DNA from: Peptococcaceae bacterium
GTDB lineage: Bacteria; Bacillota; Desulfitobacteriia; Desulfitobacteriales; Desulfitobacteriaceae
Assembly: GCA_031289735.1 (NCBI GenBank)
Contig: JAITOV010000071.1
Coordinates: 1 to 63,292, forward strand
Reading direction: 5' to 3'
Length of the DNA: 63,292 nucleotides
Part shown: piece after piece, positions 1 to 7,614 of the stretch
Layout: every line of letters begins with the position of its first letter
Position numbering within the stretch: position 1 is the first letter of the stretch
Made by a program: the position numbers and the translations under genes
Notes under the pieces: model-generated
Databases searched by the model: none
Told to the model about the DNA's origin: nothing
What the model saw: the letters and a program-made list of their open reading frames with translations, nothing else

Positions 1-390
1 CAATCGCTCCAATACTTTCGCCATAGCGATCCGCCATTCTTCTTGAGAGAGGGTGTATTTACGCAACAACGCTTTCTTCACATACGCCCGCTCAAATTGC
101 TGAAAGATCACTTCAGCAAGGGTTTTGGCTAAGTAGTATTTTTGAATTTGGGAAACGATCCGCTGTTCATTCTCCGAGACATGCGGCAGATTAAAACGGC
201 ACTCATACAAACTATGATTGCCCTGCTTCGTCTGGGTTACATGAACCGGCAGCGACTCTTGCACGATCATTTCCAGCAAATGCTGACTAAGGTTTTCCTG
301 ATAGCCTTTCGTCCCCAAACATACCGCGTACTTCACCGGCATCCCTCCATCGCGGATAAATAGTAGATTATATGACTCAGCTATGGTCAT
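1..390 (-). CDS. N-terminal 130 codons of a gene running off the left edge; possibly a YtxC-like sporulation protein
   Basis: My own reverse-strand translation. ATG at 390-388 follows an AGGAGAAGGG RBS. The frame reads MTIAESYNLLFIRDGGMPVKYAVCLGTKGYQENLSQHLLEMIVQ...LAKTLAEVIFQQFERAYVKKALLRKYTLSQEEWRIAMAKVLERL and stays open to base 1. It is absent from the ORF track because it has no stop in the window. The family call rests only on motif recall. Confidence 0.5.
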   Translation of the reverse strand, partial: MTIAESYNLLFIRDGGMPVKYAVCLGTKGYQENLSQHLLEMIVQESLPVHVTQTKQGNHSLYECRFNLPHVSENEQRIVSQIQKYYLAKTLAEVIFQQFERAYVKKALLRKYTLSQEEWRIAMAKVLERL

Positions 391-590
391 ATACCCTTCT
401 CCTACTATTACCGGTGAAAACTTTTTTATTCATACGGGTAATGTTGAATGATCATCTCACCGTCCATGTCGTCATCCATATTATAGAAAACCATTGCCGT
501 AAATAGATTGGCCAGAACCGCCATTAATGAAGTTTTTCATATTGATCCGTCTTATCCCCTGTGCTATACTGCTTTTGGAGGTGTTCCTTT

Positions 591-893
591 ATGGAGAATA
601 AAGAATTACTGGAAGCCATCGGCCAGATGATTGCCCAGGAACTTGAACCTATAAAGACAGACTTTAAAGAACTCAAGGGAGAAGTTCAAACTCTAAGGGG
701 AGAAGTCGAATCGGTGAAAGGGATAACCCTTCGCATGGAACAAGATCACGGCAAGAAGCTAACTGCGTTATTTGACGGATACACCGCCAACTATGAAATC
801 ATGGAGCGATACGACCCCAGAGTTACCAAGCTGGAAAGAGCCGTAGAAAAACTAAATTTTGAGTTGGCCTACTTGAAAGTGTCTCAGTCGTAG
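591..893 (+). CDS. hypothetical coiled-coil protein (100 aa)
   Basis: Track ORF 561..893. The ATG at 591 (MENKELLEAIGQ...) lies 7 nt after GGAGGTG. The sequence has charged heptad-like repeats (KELKGEVQTLRGEVESVKG) and a terminator follows directly. No family recognised. Confidence 0.6.
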   Translation: MENKELLEAIGQMIAQELEPIKTDFKELKGEVQTLRGEVESVKGITLRMEQDHGKKLTALFDGYTANYEIMERYDPRVTKLERAVEKLNFELAYLKVSQS

Positions 894-917
894 CTCTCCC
901 TTGGGGGAGCTTTTTTG
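893..917 (+). terminator. rho-independent terminator
   Basis: GCTCTCC/GGGGAGC stem (893-910, one G-U pair) followed by TTTTTTG. Confidence 0.6.
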
Positions 918-949
918 TTGTCCATTTTTCACCTCTTCTCTTGTTTGCT

Positions 950-1030
950 TCAATGGATCCGTCCATCTTCAGCCAATTCATCCAGGCTCAGTCCCAGTGC
1001 GTCATCCAGCTTGCACATGGTCGAGAATTG
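950..1030 (-). pseudogene. C-terminal fragment of an XRE-type HTH regulator
   Basis: The reverse frame ends ...PQFSTMCKLDDALGLSLDELAEDGRIH*. This matches the third-helix/tail pattern of XRE HTH domains (L.kLa.aLgvsldeL). The rest of track ORF 950..1150 is antisense to the integrase fragment and looks like nonsense. Confidence 0.35.
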
Positions 1031-1034
1031 CGGG

Positions 1035-1187
1035 TCAACGAGGCTGCTGGACGTCGGAGAGGATAGCCGGGTGATCCAAGAGCTACTCGGGCATACCAAG
1101 ATCAAAACGACAGGGATGTATACGCACGTATCCGAGGATAAAAAACACAAGGCAGTTAAAAAACTCGACGCTCAGCTTAAACGCTAA
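1035..1187 (+). pseudogene. C-terminal about 50 aa remnant of a tyrosine recombinase/phage integrase
   Basis: STRLLDVGEDSRVIQELLGHTKIKTTGMYTHVSEDKKHKAV carries the LLGH...T..YTH box with the catalytic Tyr. The upstream catalytic boxes (R, K, HxxR) are absent, and the track ORF start at 915 lies inside a terminator T-run. Confidence 0.6.
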
Positions 1188-1212
1188 AAAAATAATTACT
1201 TATCAAAAGCCG

Positions 1213-1254
1213 TAAAAAGAAACATAGCCGTCTCCGATTATCTCGGAAACGGCT
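1213..1254 (-). terminator. terminator of the tRNA operon
   Basis: On the reverse strand, AGCCGTTTCCGA/TCGGAGACGGCT forms a stem (1226-1254) followed by ATGTTTCTTTTT. It is nested inside an outer 10-bp inverted repeat, ATCAAAAGCC...GGCTTTTGAT (1202-1271). Confidence 0.55.
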
Positions 1255-1271
1255 TCACAAAAGGCTTTTGA

Positions 1272-1348
1272 TGGTGGGTTTGATAGGACTTGAACCTACG
1301 ACCCCCGCGATGTCAACGCGGTACTCTAACCAGCTGAGCTACAAACCC
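1272..1348 (-). tRNA. tRNA-Val (GAC)
   Basis: Reverse strand GGGTTTGTAGCTCAGCTGGTTAGAG...CGCGTTGACATCGCG...GGTTCAAGTCC...CAAACCCACCA. Acceptor stem, D, anticodon (GAC) and T arms are readable and CCA is encoded. Confidence 0.93.
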
Positions 1349-1363
1349 ATGAATCTATTTATT

Positions 1364-1437
1364 TGGCGCGTTTGATTATTTTAGATATTTGTAAACGCGC
1401 ACTCCCGACGCCACGCCTGCGGCGGGCAAATTAAGGT
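1364..1437 (-). repeat. tRNA-operon spacer module, copy A (first half conserved)
   Basis: TGGCGCGTTTGATTATTTTAGATATTTGTAAACGCGCACTCCCGACGC... aligns with copies B and C. It contains the GCGCGTTT...AAACGCGC hairpin. Confidence 0.6.
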
Positions 1438-1523
1438 TGGCACGTTTGCTTATTCTAGATATCTTAACGTGCGCTCCTGATGCGTTTGGCTTGTTTCGCC
1501 AGTCACAAAACGCAGAGTAAAGC
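1438..1523 (-). repeat. tRNA-operon spacer module, copy B
   Basis: TGGCACGTTTGCTTATTCTAGATATCTTAACGTGCGCTCCTGATGCGTTTGGCTTGTTTCGCCAGTCACAAAACGC... is about 85% identical by eye to copy C over about 85 nt. Confidence 0.7.
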
Positions 1524-1611
1524 TGGTGCCGATGACCGGAATCGAACCGGTACGAGCTTTGGGCTCGCGGGATTTTAAGTCCCGTGCGTCTGCCAGTTCC
1601 GCCACATCGGC
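1524..1611 (-). tRNA. tRNA-Leu (TAA), long variable arm
   Basis: Reverse strand GCCGATGTGGCGGAACTGGCAGACGCACGGGACTTAAAATCCCGCGAGCCCAAAGCTCGTACCGGTTCGATTCCGGTCATCGGCACCA. Anticodon loop CTTAAAA. Confidence 0.92.
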
Positions 1612-1619
1612 ATGTTTAT

Positions 1620-1694
<75 letters not shown>

Positions 1695-1700
1695 ATGAGA

Positions 1701-1787
1701 TGGCGCGTTTATTTATTTTTAGATGTCTGTAACGCGCACTCCTGATGCGTTTGGCTTGCTTCGCCAGTCACAAACGCCGAGCAAGGT
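1701..1787 (-). repeat. tRNA-operon spacer module, copy C
   Basis: TGGCGCGTTTATTTATTTTTAGATGTCTGTAACGCGCACTCCTGATGCGTTTGGCTTGCTTCGCCAGTCACAAACGCC... fills the Gly-Cys spacer. Two hairpins are predicted on the transcribed strand. Confidence 0.7.
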
Positions 1788-1862
1788 TGGAGCGGGTGAC
1801 GAGATTCGAACTCGCGACTTTCACCTTGGCAAGGTGACACTCTACCACTGAGTTACACCCGC
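1788..1862 (-). tRNA. tRNA-Gly (GCC)
   Basis: Reverse strand GCGGGTGTAACTCAGTGGTAGAGTGTCACCTTGCCAAGGTGAAAGTCGCGAGTTCGAATCTCGTCACCCGCTCCA. Confidence 0.92.
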
Positions 1863-1863
1863 G

Positions 1864-1939
1864 TGGTGCCTCAGGGCAGAATCGAACTGCCGACACGTGG
1901 ATTTTCAGTCCACTGCTCTACCGACTGAGCTACCGAGGC
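1864..1939 (-). tRNA. tRNA-Phe (GAA)
   Basis: Reverse strand GCCTCGGTAGCTCAGTCGGTAGAGCAGTGGACTGAAAATCCACGTGTCGGCAGTTCGATTCTGCCCTGAGGCACCA. Confidence 0.92.
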
Positions 1940-1963
1940 TTGGGCAGATATGAAGAGTAAGAT

Positions 1964-2039
1964 TGGCGACCCCGATCGGACTTGAACCGACGATCTCCTG
2001 CGTGACAGGCAGGCATGTTAACCACTACACCACGGGGCC
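1964..2039 (-). tRNA. tRNA-Asp (GTC)
   Basis: Reverse strand GGCCCCGTGGTGTAGTGGTTAACATGCCTGCCTGTCACGCAGGAGATCGTCGGTTCAAGTCCGATCGGGGTCGCCA. Confidence 0.92.
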
Positions 2040-2077
2040 ACCGACGAATAACAGTATACACAAAAAAGTATTGAGTG

Positions 2078-2914
2078 TCAAAGAGTTTTCAGCGCATCGT
2101 CAATGAATTTTGGCAGATTAAACGCCGCCTTGTGGATCTGCGCAGTATAGTACTGCATGGGCATATCCGGAATATCCGCTTCTTTCACTTGTTCCGGGTC
2201 ATAGCGTTTCGATCCCAGGGTAAAACTCCATAACCCACTGGGATATGTGGGGATTGAGGCCAGATATAATTTCGTTACAGGAAAGACCTGTTCAATATTC
2301 TTGTAGATCTTACGCACTAGATTAAGATCATAAAAAGGCGACTCGGTCTGAGCAGCCATGATCCCATCTTCCTTCAAAGACTTATACACTTGCCGATAAA
2401 AATCCAGCGTAAACAACCCTTCCGCCGCGCCGATCGGATCCGTGGAGTCAATCAGGATCACATCATAGTAATGCGGCCGCTCCTGTATATGCGCGATCCC
2501 GTCAGCTACTAAAATCTCTGCTTTCGGGTTCCCCCGCAAGGCATTGGCAATCGCCGGAAAATACTCTTGGCACACTTCGATCACCCGGGCGTCGATCTCA
2601 CACAGCGTAGCCTGGCGTACCTTCGGATGTCTGGTCACTTCCCGCAACGATCCGCCATCCCCCCCGCCGATCACTAAAACCCGCTGTGGGTCGGGATGCG
2701 TATTTAACGGCACCTGAGCAATCATCTCGTGATAAACAAATTCATCCTTTTCCGTGGTCATCACCAAGCCGTCTAAAAGCAACATACGACCGAATTGTTT
2801 GGTCTCCAGAACATCAATCCGTTGAAAAGGACTCGTCTCCGTATGCAACGTCCGGTTCACTTTGCAAGTAATTCCTACATTGTCCGTTTGTTTTTCCGTA
2901 TACCACAGTTCCAT
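2078..2914 (-). CDS. speE: spermidine synthase (aminopropyltransferase)
   Basis: 278 aa. MELWYTEKQT... N-terminus, VLVIGGGDGG SAM/dcSAM-binding motif and DSTDPIG motif are typical of SpeE. Confidence 0.9.
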   Translation of the reverse strand: MELWYTEKQTDNVGITCKVNRTLHTETSPFQRIDVLETKQFGRMLLLDGLVMTTEKDEFVYHEMIAQVPLNTHPDPQRVLVIGGGDGGSLREVTRHPKVRQATLCEIDARVIEVCQEYFPAIANALRGNPKAEILVADGIAHIQERPHYYDVILIDSTDPIGAAEGLFTLDFYRQVYKSLKEDGIMAAQTESPFYDLNLVRKIYKNIEQVFPVTKLYLASIPTYPSGLWSFTLGSKRYDPEQVKEADIPDMPMQYYTAQIHKAAFNLPKFIDDALKTL

Positions 2915-2948
2915 AGCAACGTAACTCCTTTAATCCAGCATCTCTAAA

Positions 2949-3407
2949 TCAATACCACATCGGAACCGCGGCGTAAGCGCAGCCGATTTTCTCAACGACA
3001 TGTTCCACAGAGGCGATCTTAATATCCAGCAGCTGCATCTCCCTGATCGCAAATGCTTCCTCGACCATGCGCGTAATCGTCTGTTCCGCTTCACTGGCGC
3101 CGCAAATCCCAGAATACTCCATGATCACGCCAAAAGCGTCCGGAGCTAACCCCACCCCTACCGCCGCGCTGATCCGCATGCCGGGTTGGTCACTAACAAT
3201 ATAACCATAAGCCGTAGGTACTAAGGAACCTGCCGGAATGGTTAAATTCGGGTCATACTCACACCCCGGCGGCAGGATAGAACTCACCCGCAGCAGATTA
3301 ACATTACCAATACGAGCTTTCAGCAGCGCTTTATCGAACGCGGTCAATTCGCTGTTGCCTTCCGCACTGGCTGCGGTAACAAAATACTTCTTCGGTGTTG
3401 GCAACAA
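2949..3407 (-). CDS. pdaD: pyruvoyl-dependent arginine decarboxylase
   Basis: 152 aa with a TTG start. FVTAASAEGNSELTAFDKALLKARIGNVNLLRVSSILPPG contains the self-cleavage Ser-Ser site of the PdaD family. Confidence 0.8.
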   Translation of the reverse strand: MLPTPKKYFVTAASAEGNSELTAFDKALLKARIGNVNLLRVSSILPPGCEYDPNLTIPAGSLVPTAYGYIVSDQPGMRISAAVGVGLAPDAFGVIMEYSGICGASEAEQTITRMVEEAFAIREMQLLDIKIASVEHVVEKIGCAYAAVPMWY

Positions 3408-3465
3408 ATAAACTCATTCCTTTCTATCCATACCATGATTTACGAACACACCCAAGCGCCTCGCG

Positions 3466-3505
3466 TAAAAAACCGCTGCGATCGGAACTTGTGGATGCGC
3501 AGCGA
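3466..3505 (-). terminator. rho-independent terminator after the glycosyltransferase gene
   Basis: Reverse strand CGCTGCG(c)ATC...GATCGCAGCG stem of 10 bp with one bulge, followed by GTTTTTT. Confidence 0.6.
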
Positions 3506-3544
3506 TTCTCTAACCCTGTTCTCCGAGCATATGACTCGCTAAGC

Positions 3545-4828
3545 TTAATGATTGGAAGCTCGCTTTCCTCTGGCGATCGCGACATCCTCATAACTGATTG
3601 AACGCGTATGCAGCGTATGCGACCATTGTGCTTCCTTGCTGTGGAGAAATCCCAAGAAGACGATAGGAATCCAACTGTAGATAAAAACTGGGTATAAGAT
3701 CAACCCGAGATACGCTCGCCAAGGCAGACGATCCAATGCCAAAGCCGCCACCGGGTACACATACTGAATCGCTGAGAGGATCTGCCAACCGGTCCAGGGC
3801 ATGAGCATGAATAGGATCATCGTATACTGCGCCTGACACATCAAGACCACATTTGTTAACATAAATAAAGAAGCGATCAGCACTAAGGCCGGCTGAAAGA
3901 GGTGCACTGCCGTATCAAAATACATCAGCTTTCTCTCGGTTATCGCCTTACCTAACAGAACAAAAAAGTAACGGTTAAATACATCTACCTGACCCTGTGC
4001 CCAACGCTTCCGCTGATACCAAGCCCTAGCGAAGGTCAGAGGTTTTTCATCATAGACCACCGCGTCATGCGCCCAAGTCGTCTTGATGCCATGCGTTAGC
4101 GCTTTGACACTGAATTCCAGGTCTTCCGTCAGGGAAGTCGCCCCCCAACCGATCTGTTTCAAGACATCCATATGAATACACATGCCGGTTCCGCCTAGAA
4201 CATTTGATAGTTTACCCGTATTGTACCTGGCTAACTGCAACAAACGGTTCGTCAGCCAGAAACAGATAGAGAAGGCGTTGGTTACCCATGTATCGAAAGG
4301 ATTCTTGGAATCCAGGTAACACTGAATAATCTTGTCCCCCTGACAAAGTTTGTTGTTCATCTCCAACAGAAAGTTTTTCTTGACCAGGTTATCGGCGTCA
4401 AAAATCACAACAGCGTCATACTGACGTTCCATTTTAAATAAGCGGGCAAACATCCATTCCAGAGCGTATCCTTTGCCGCGCTTTGTATCATGAAAGCGCC
4501 GATGCACCAGTGCGCCCGCCTGACGAGCCACGAGCGCGGTTTTATCCGTACAGTTATCCGCTACGACAAAAACATCATAGAGTTCTTTTGGATACTCCAA
4601 ACGCAGCAAGTTGTGTACCAAAGGAGCAATCACGGCTTCTTCATTATAAGCGGAAACGACGATAGCAAAGGTTTTTTCCGGTTGTAAGATTTTCTCTTCC
4701 TTTCTTCTAAACAAGCCGAATACAGAAAGGATAAAATAATAAAATGTAAAAAAAATGATGATCAGCTGCACCGGCATCATGATCATATTCACTATACGCA
4801 CTCCGGTCCATCCGGACAGTATATCCAC
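3545..4828 (-). CDS. membrane-embedded processive family 2 glycosyltransferase (PgaC/IcaA/NodC-like)
   Basis: 427 aa with a GTG start after GGAGG. It has an N-terminal TM segment, VVSAYNEE, DADN, TEDLE and QRKRWAQG (the QxxRW processivity motif), then 3-4 C-terminal TM helices. Confidence 0.8.
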   Translation of the reverse strand: MDILSGWTGVRIVNMIMMPVQLIIIFFTFYYFILSVFGLFRRKEEKILQPEKTFAIVVSAYNEEAVIAPLVHNLLRLEYPKELYDVFVVADNCTDKTALVARQAGALVHRRFHDTKRGKGYALEWMFARLFKMERQYDAVVIFDADNLVKKNFLLEMNNKLCQGDKIIQCYLDSKNPFDTWVTNAFSICFWLTNRLLQLARYNTGKLSNVLGGTGMCIHMDVLKQIGWGATSLTEDLEFSVKALTHGIKTTWAHDAVVYDEKPLTFARAWYQRKRWAQGQVDVFNRYFFVLLGKAITERKLMYFDTAVHLFQPALVLIASLFMLTNVVLMCQAQYTMILFMLMPWTGWQILSAIQYVYPVAALALDRLPWRAYLGLILYPVFIYSWIPIVFLGFLHSKEAQWSHTLHTRSISYEDVAIARGKRASNH

Positions 4829-4854
4829 AAACAGGCCTCCTTCCAGCCTTTATG

Positions 4855-4883
4855 ATTATACATCAGGGAATGTCTGGGATCAA
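4855..4883 (-). promoter_or_regulatory. sigma-A type promoter for the glycosyltransferase gene
   Basis: Reverse strand TTGATC-N17-TATAAT, about 25 nt upstream of the GGAGG RBS. Confidence 0.5.
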
Positions 4884-4958
4884 TAGGTCTAGATTAAGTT
4901 TTTTAAACCATTTTCATACGTTTTTCAACAAATATCACCCTGTAGGTACTGACCTGAT

Positions 4959-5276
4959 TCACTTATGTGTTTGCCTCCGGTTGAAAACGAATAGAATACT
5001 CACCAAGATAAAAACAATCAAGAGAAATCCGGCTGCGAGTCCAAAACGGATGGATTGCCAATAAACGGAGTCTACATACGTACCATGTACCCAAGGGATA
5101 AACGCCCGGAATATCTTCGCCAAACCTACTGTTAAAGTACCTAATAAGGCAAGTCCCGTGATTAGCGTTATTGTACCCCAGAATCCGTCCGGAGTATCCA
5201 AACGGAACCTGCGTATTATGTCCTGTTTGAGCCAATAGAGATCGTTCGCTATATATTTCCAGTTTCTGCGCGCCAT
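4959..5276 (-). CDS. small two-TM membrane protein, unknown function
   Basis: 105 aa with two hydrophobic stretches (GTITLITGLALLGTLTVGLA and GLAAGFLLIVFILVSILFVF). No family recognised. The overlapping ORF 4963..5286 is its frame shadow. Confidence 0.5.
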   Translation of the reverse strand: MARRNWKYIANDLYWLKQDIIRRFRLDTPDGFWGTITLITGLALLGTLTVGLAKIFRAFIPWVHGTYVDSVYWQSIRFGLAAGFLLIVFILVSILFVFNRRQTHK

Positions 5277-5333
5277 GGTTGCTCACCTCGTAATAGTGTA
5301 TGCACAGAAGCAGGAAGCATGCAAAAAATAGGG

Positions 5334-6800
5334 TTATTCTTCTTCCGCGTCGTCCCTGGGGCGCATCGTCGGGAAGAGAATCACATCTCGAATAGAGGGG
5401 GCATCGGTCAGGAGCATCACTAAGCGATCGATCCCGATGCCTAAGCCGCCTGTCGGCGGCAGGCCATATTCCAGTGCGGTCAAGAAGTCTTCGTCCAGGC
5501 GATGCGCCTCTTCATCTCCCTTAGCCCGCTCCGCCATTTGCTTGGTGAAACGTCCGCGCTGATCAATCGGATCGTTTAATTCGGAGAACGCATTGCCCAA
5601 TTCACGGCCGTAGACAAAGACCTCAAAACGGTCCGTAAATTCCGGTTGCCGGGCATTGCGTTTCGCCAGCGGCGAGATCTCCACAGGATAGCCGATCACA
5701 AAGGTCGGTTGAATCAGCTTCGGTTCTACGTATTGCTCAAAGAATTCATTGATCAGCTGTCCACGGGTCATGCCTTCAGGCGCCGCCAAGCCTTTCTCTT
5801 GTGCCGTACGCGCCGCTTCCTCATCGCTATGAATCGCGCGGAAATCAACCCCCGCATGTTCGGCAATCAGATCCAGCATCTGCGCTCTTTTCCAGGGGAG
5901 GGCAAAACTGATTGTTTCCTCCTGATAGGTTAACTCCAGCGCGCCATGCACCTGCTCCACAATTCCGGCAATCATTTCTTCTGTCAAACGCATGATATCT
6001 TCGTAGTTGGCGAAAGCTTGATACAATTCCATCATCGTAAATTCCGGATTATGTTTGACTGAAATTCCTTCATTACGGAAATTTCTCCCGATCTCATACA
6101 CGCGGTCAAACCCACCGACAATCAGACGCTTCAACGGCAATTCCAGGGCAATGCGCAGATAGAGGTCTAAATCCAGCGTGTTATGATGCGTGATAAAGGG
6201 ACGAGCGGCGGCTCCGCCCGCTATGGCGTGTAACGTGGGCGTCTCGACCTCTAAGAATCCTCGCTCATCGAGGAATTCACGCATCGCCTTGATAATCTTA
6301 CTGCGCGTAACAAAAACTTCTTTCACTTCCGGATTCATCATCAGATCAAGATACCGGCGACGATAGCGTAAGTCCACATCCGTCAACCCATGGAATTTTT
6401 CCGGCAATGGACGCAGGGATTTCGACAGGATACGAATCTCTTCCGTATGCACCGATATTTCTCCTCGCCGCGTACGGAAAACCTTTCCATCCACACCCAC
6501 AATATCCCCGACATCAAAAGCCGACACATGATCGAACCAGTCTGCTCCGATTTCGTCGCGCTTAATATAAATCTGAATCTGGCCGCTAAAATCCTGAATG
6601 TGCATAAAAATCACTTTACCTTGATCCCGTTTGGACATGATCCTGCCGGCGATCTGCGCGTTCTGGCCTTCCAACGTGTCAAAGCCATCAATAATCTCTT
6701 GTGCCTGATGCGAGCGGATATACTGATCGGCATAAGGTTCCACCCCAAATCTACGCAGATTTTCAATCTTCTCCAAGCGAATACGGCGCATATCATCCAT
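5334..6800 (-). CDS. lysS: lysine--tRNA ligase, class II
   Basis: 488 aa. It has an OB-fold N-domain and class II motifs (FLEVETP, YEIGRNFRNEG, GGLGIGIDRLVML). Confidence 0.95.
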   Translation of the reverse strand: MDDMRRIRLEKIENLRRFGVEPYADQYIRSHQAQEIIDGFDTLEGQNAQIAGRIMSKRDQGKVIFMHIQDFSGQIQIYIKRDEIGADWFDHVSAFDVGDIVGVDGKVFRTRRGEISVHTEEIRILSKSLRPLPEKFHGLTDVDLRYRRRYLDLMMNPEVKEVFVTRSKIIKAMREFLDERGFLEVETPTLHAIAGGAAARPFITHHNTLDLDLYLRIALELPLKRLIVGGFDRVYEIGRNFRNEGISVKHNPEFTMMELYQAFANYEDIMRLTEEMIAGIVEQVHGALELTYQEETISFALPWKRAQMLDLIAEHAGVDFRAIHSDEEAARTAQEKGLAAPEGMTRGQLINEFFEQYVEPKLIQPTFVIGYPVEISPLAKRNARQPEFTDRFEVFVYGRELGNAFSELNDPIDQRGRFTKQMAERAKGDEEAHRLDEDFLTALEYGLPPTGGLGIGIDRLVMLLTDAPSIRDVILFPTMRPRDDAEEE

Positions 6801-6863
6801 GTCTTAAACCCCTCTCCTTATCAGGAAAACTCGATTTTATCATTGTACCATACCTAGCCGTGC

Positions 6864-6896
6864 AATAAAAACCGCCGGTCTTAAAAACCAGCGGTT
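6864..6896 (-). terminator. terminator after greA
   Basis: Reverse strand AACCGCTGGT...ACCGGCGGTT stem followed by TTTTATT. Confidence 0.55.
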
Positions 6897-6932
6897 CAAG
6901 CCTGTATTGTATATAACCTTTGGTTCATCCGT

Positions 6933-7424
6933 TTACCGCCGATTTGCCGCGGCCGTACGGATATCTAATATCGTATAGCGCAGTAAACCAGCCGGAACAT
7001 TCACCTCGACCGTATCTCCTTTTTGCATCCCTAAACAAGCTTTGCCTACCGGAGATTCATTCGAGATCTTATTGGTCGCCGGATCCGCTTCCGCTGAACC
7101 GACGATGGTGTATTCCTCTTCTTCATCGTAATCAATGTCTTTCAAAAGGATCGTCGACCCCAATGTGACTGTATCTGTACTCTCATTATCATCAATCACC
7201 CGGGCATTTCTCAGCATCTTCTCCAGCGTAATAATCCGTCCTTCAATGAACGCTTGCTCGTTTTTGGCGTCTTCATATTCGGAATTCTCGCTGATATCGC
7301 CAAATTCAATCGCTTGTTTGATTCTTCCCGCCACTTCCCGGCGTCGTTGGGTTTTAAACAATTCCAGCTCGTCCTCGAGTTTTTTCAAGCCCTCTAAGGT
7401 CAAAATGACTTCCTTATCGACCAT
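6933..7424 (-). CDS. greA: transcription elongation factor GreA
   Basis: Track ORF 6933..7451. The likely start is the ATG at 7424 ([21 protein letters not shown]...) after a GGGAG RBS. The GreA coiled-coil and C-terminal FKBP-like domain are recognisable. Confidence 0.9.
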   Translation of the reverse strand: MVDKEVILTLEGLKKLEDELELFKTQRRREVAGRIKQAIEFGDISENSEYEDAKNEQAFIEGRIITLEKMLRNARVIDDNESTDTVTLGSTILLKDIDYDEEEEYTIVGSAEADPATNKISNESPVGKACLGMQKGDTVEVNVPAGLLRYTILDIRTAAANRR

Positions 7425-7523
7425 AATTCTCGCTCCCTTTTCTTGCATCACAGCGCTGCGTAGAATCTATCCGTTTGCAACGGCAAACGTAATACCTCAC
7501 ACTCTATATTGGCATTTATAGTT

Positions 7524-7552
7524 ATTATAAGTACCATGCAAAATATTGTCAA
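7524..7552 (-). promoter_or_regulatory. consensus sigma-A promoter for greA
   Basis: Reverse strand TTGACA-N17-TATAAT. Both hexamers are perfect. Confidence 0.65.
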
Positions 7553-7614
7553 GGAGTAGAGTGTATTTTCTGGAAGATAAAGCTCCATTTGGACACACAC
7601 ACAAAATGATTCAA

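Noticed and set aside
142-363. Plus-strand 73-aa ORF in the track
   Set aside because: It lies entirely inside, and antisense to, a longer minus-strand frame that has a strong RBS and stays open to the window edge. It has no RBS and its composition is implausible.
426-479. 17-codon minus-strand mini-ORF (MDDDMDGEMIIQHYPYE) upstream of the first gene
   Set aside because: It has no Shine-Dalgarno sequence and nothing to support translation. It is most likely chance.
915-1187. Track ORF treated as an intact 90-aa gene
   Set aside because: Only the last 50 or so residues look like a protein (an integrase C-terminus). The start lies inside a terminator T-run and the N-terminal 40 residues are low-complexity. 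I called it a pseudogene fragment.
6801-6932. T-box or other riboswitch leader upstream of lysS; S-box upstream of the metF-like gene (58437-58523); THF riboswitch near the fol/fhs genes
   Set aside because: The leaders are only about 40-90 nt long and lack specifier/antiterminator or S-box helices. They contain only ordinary promoters and terminators.
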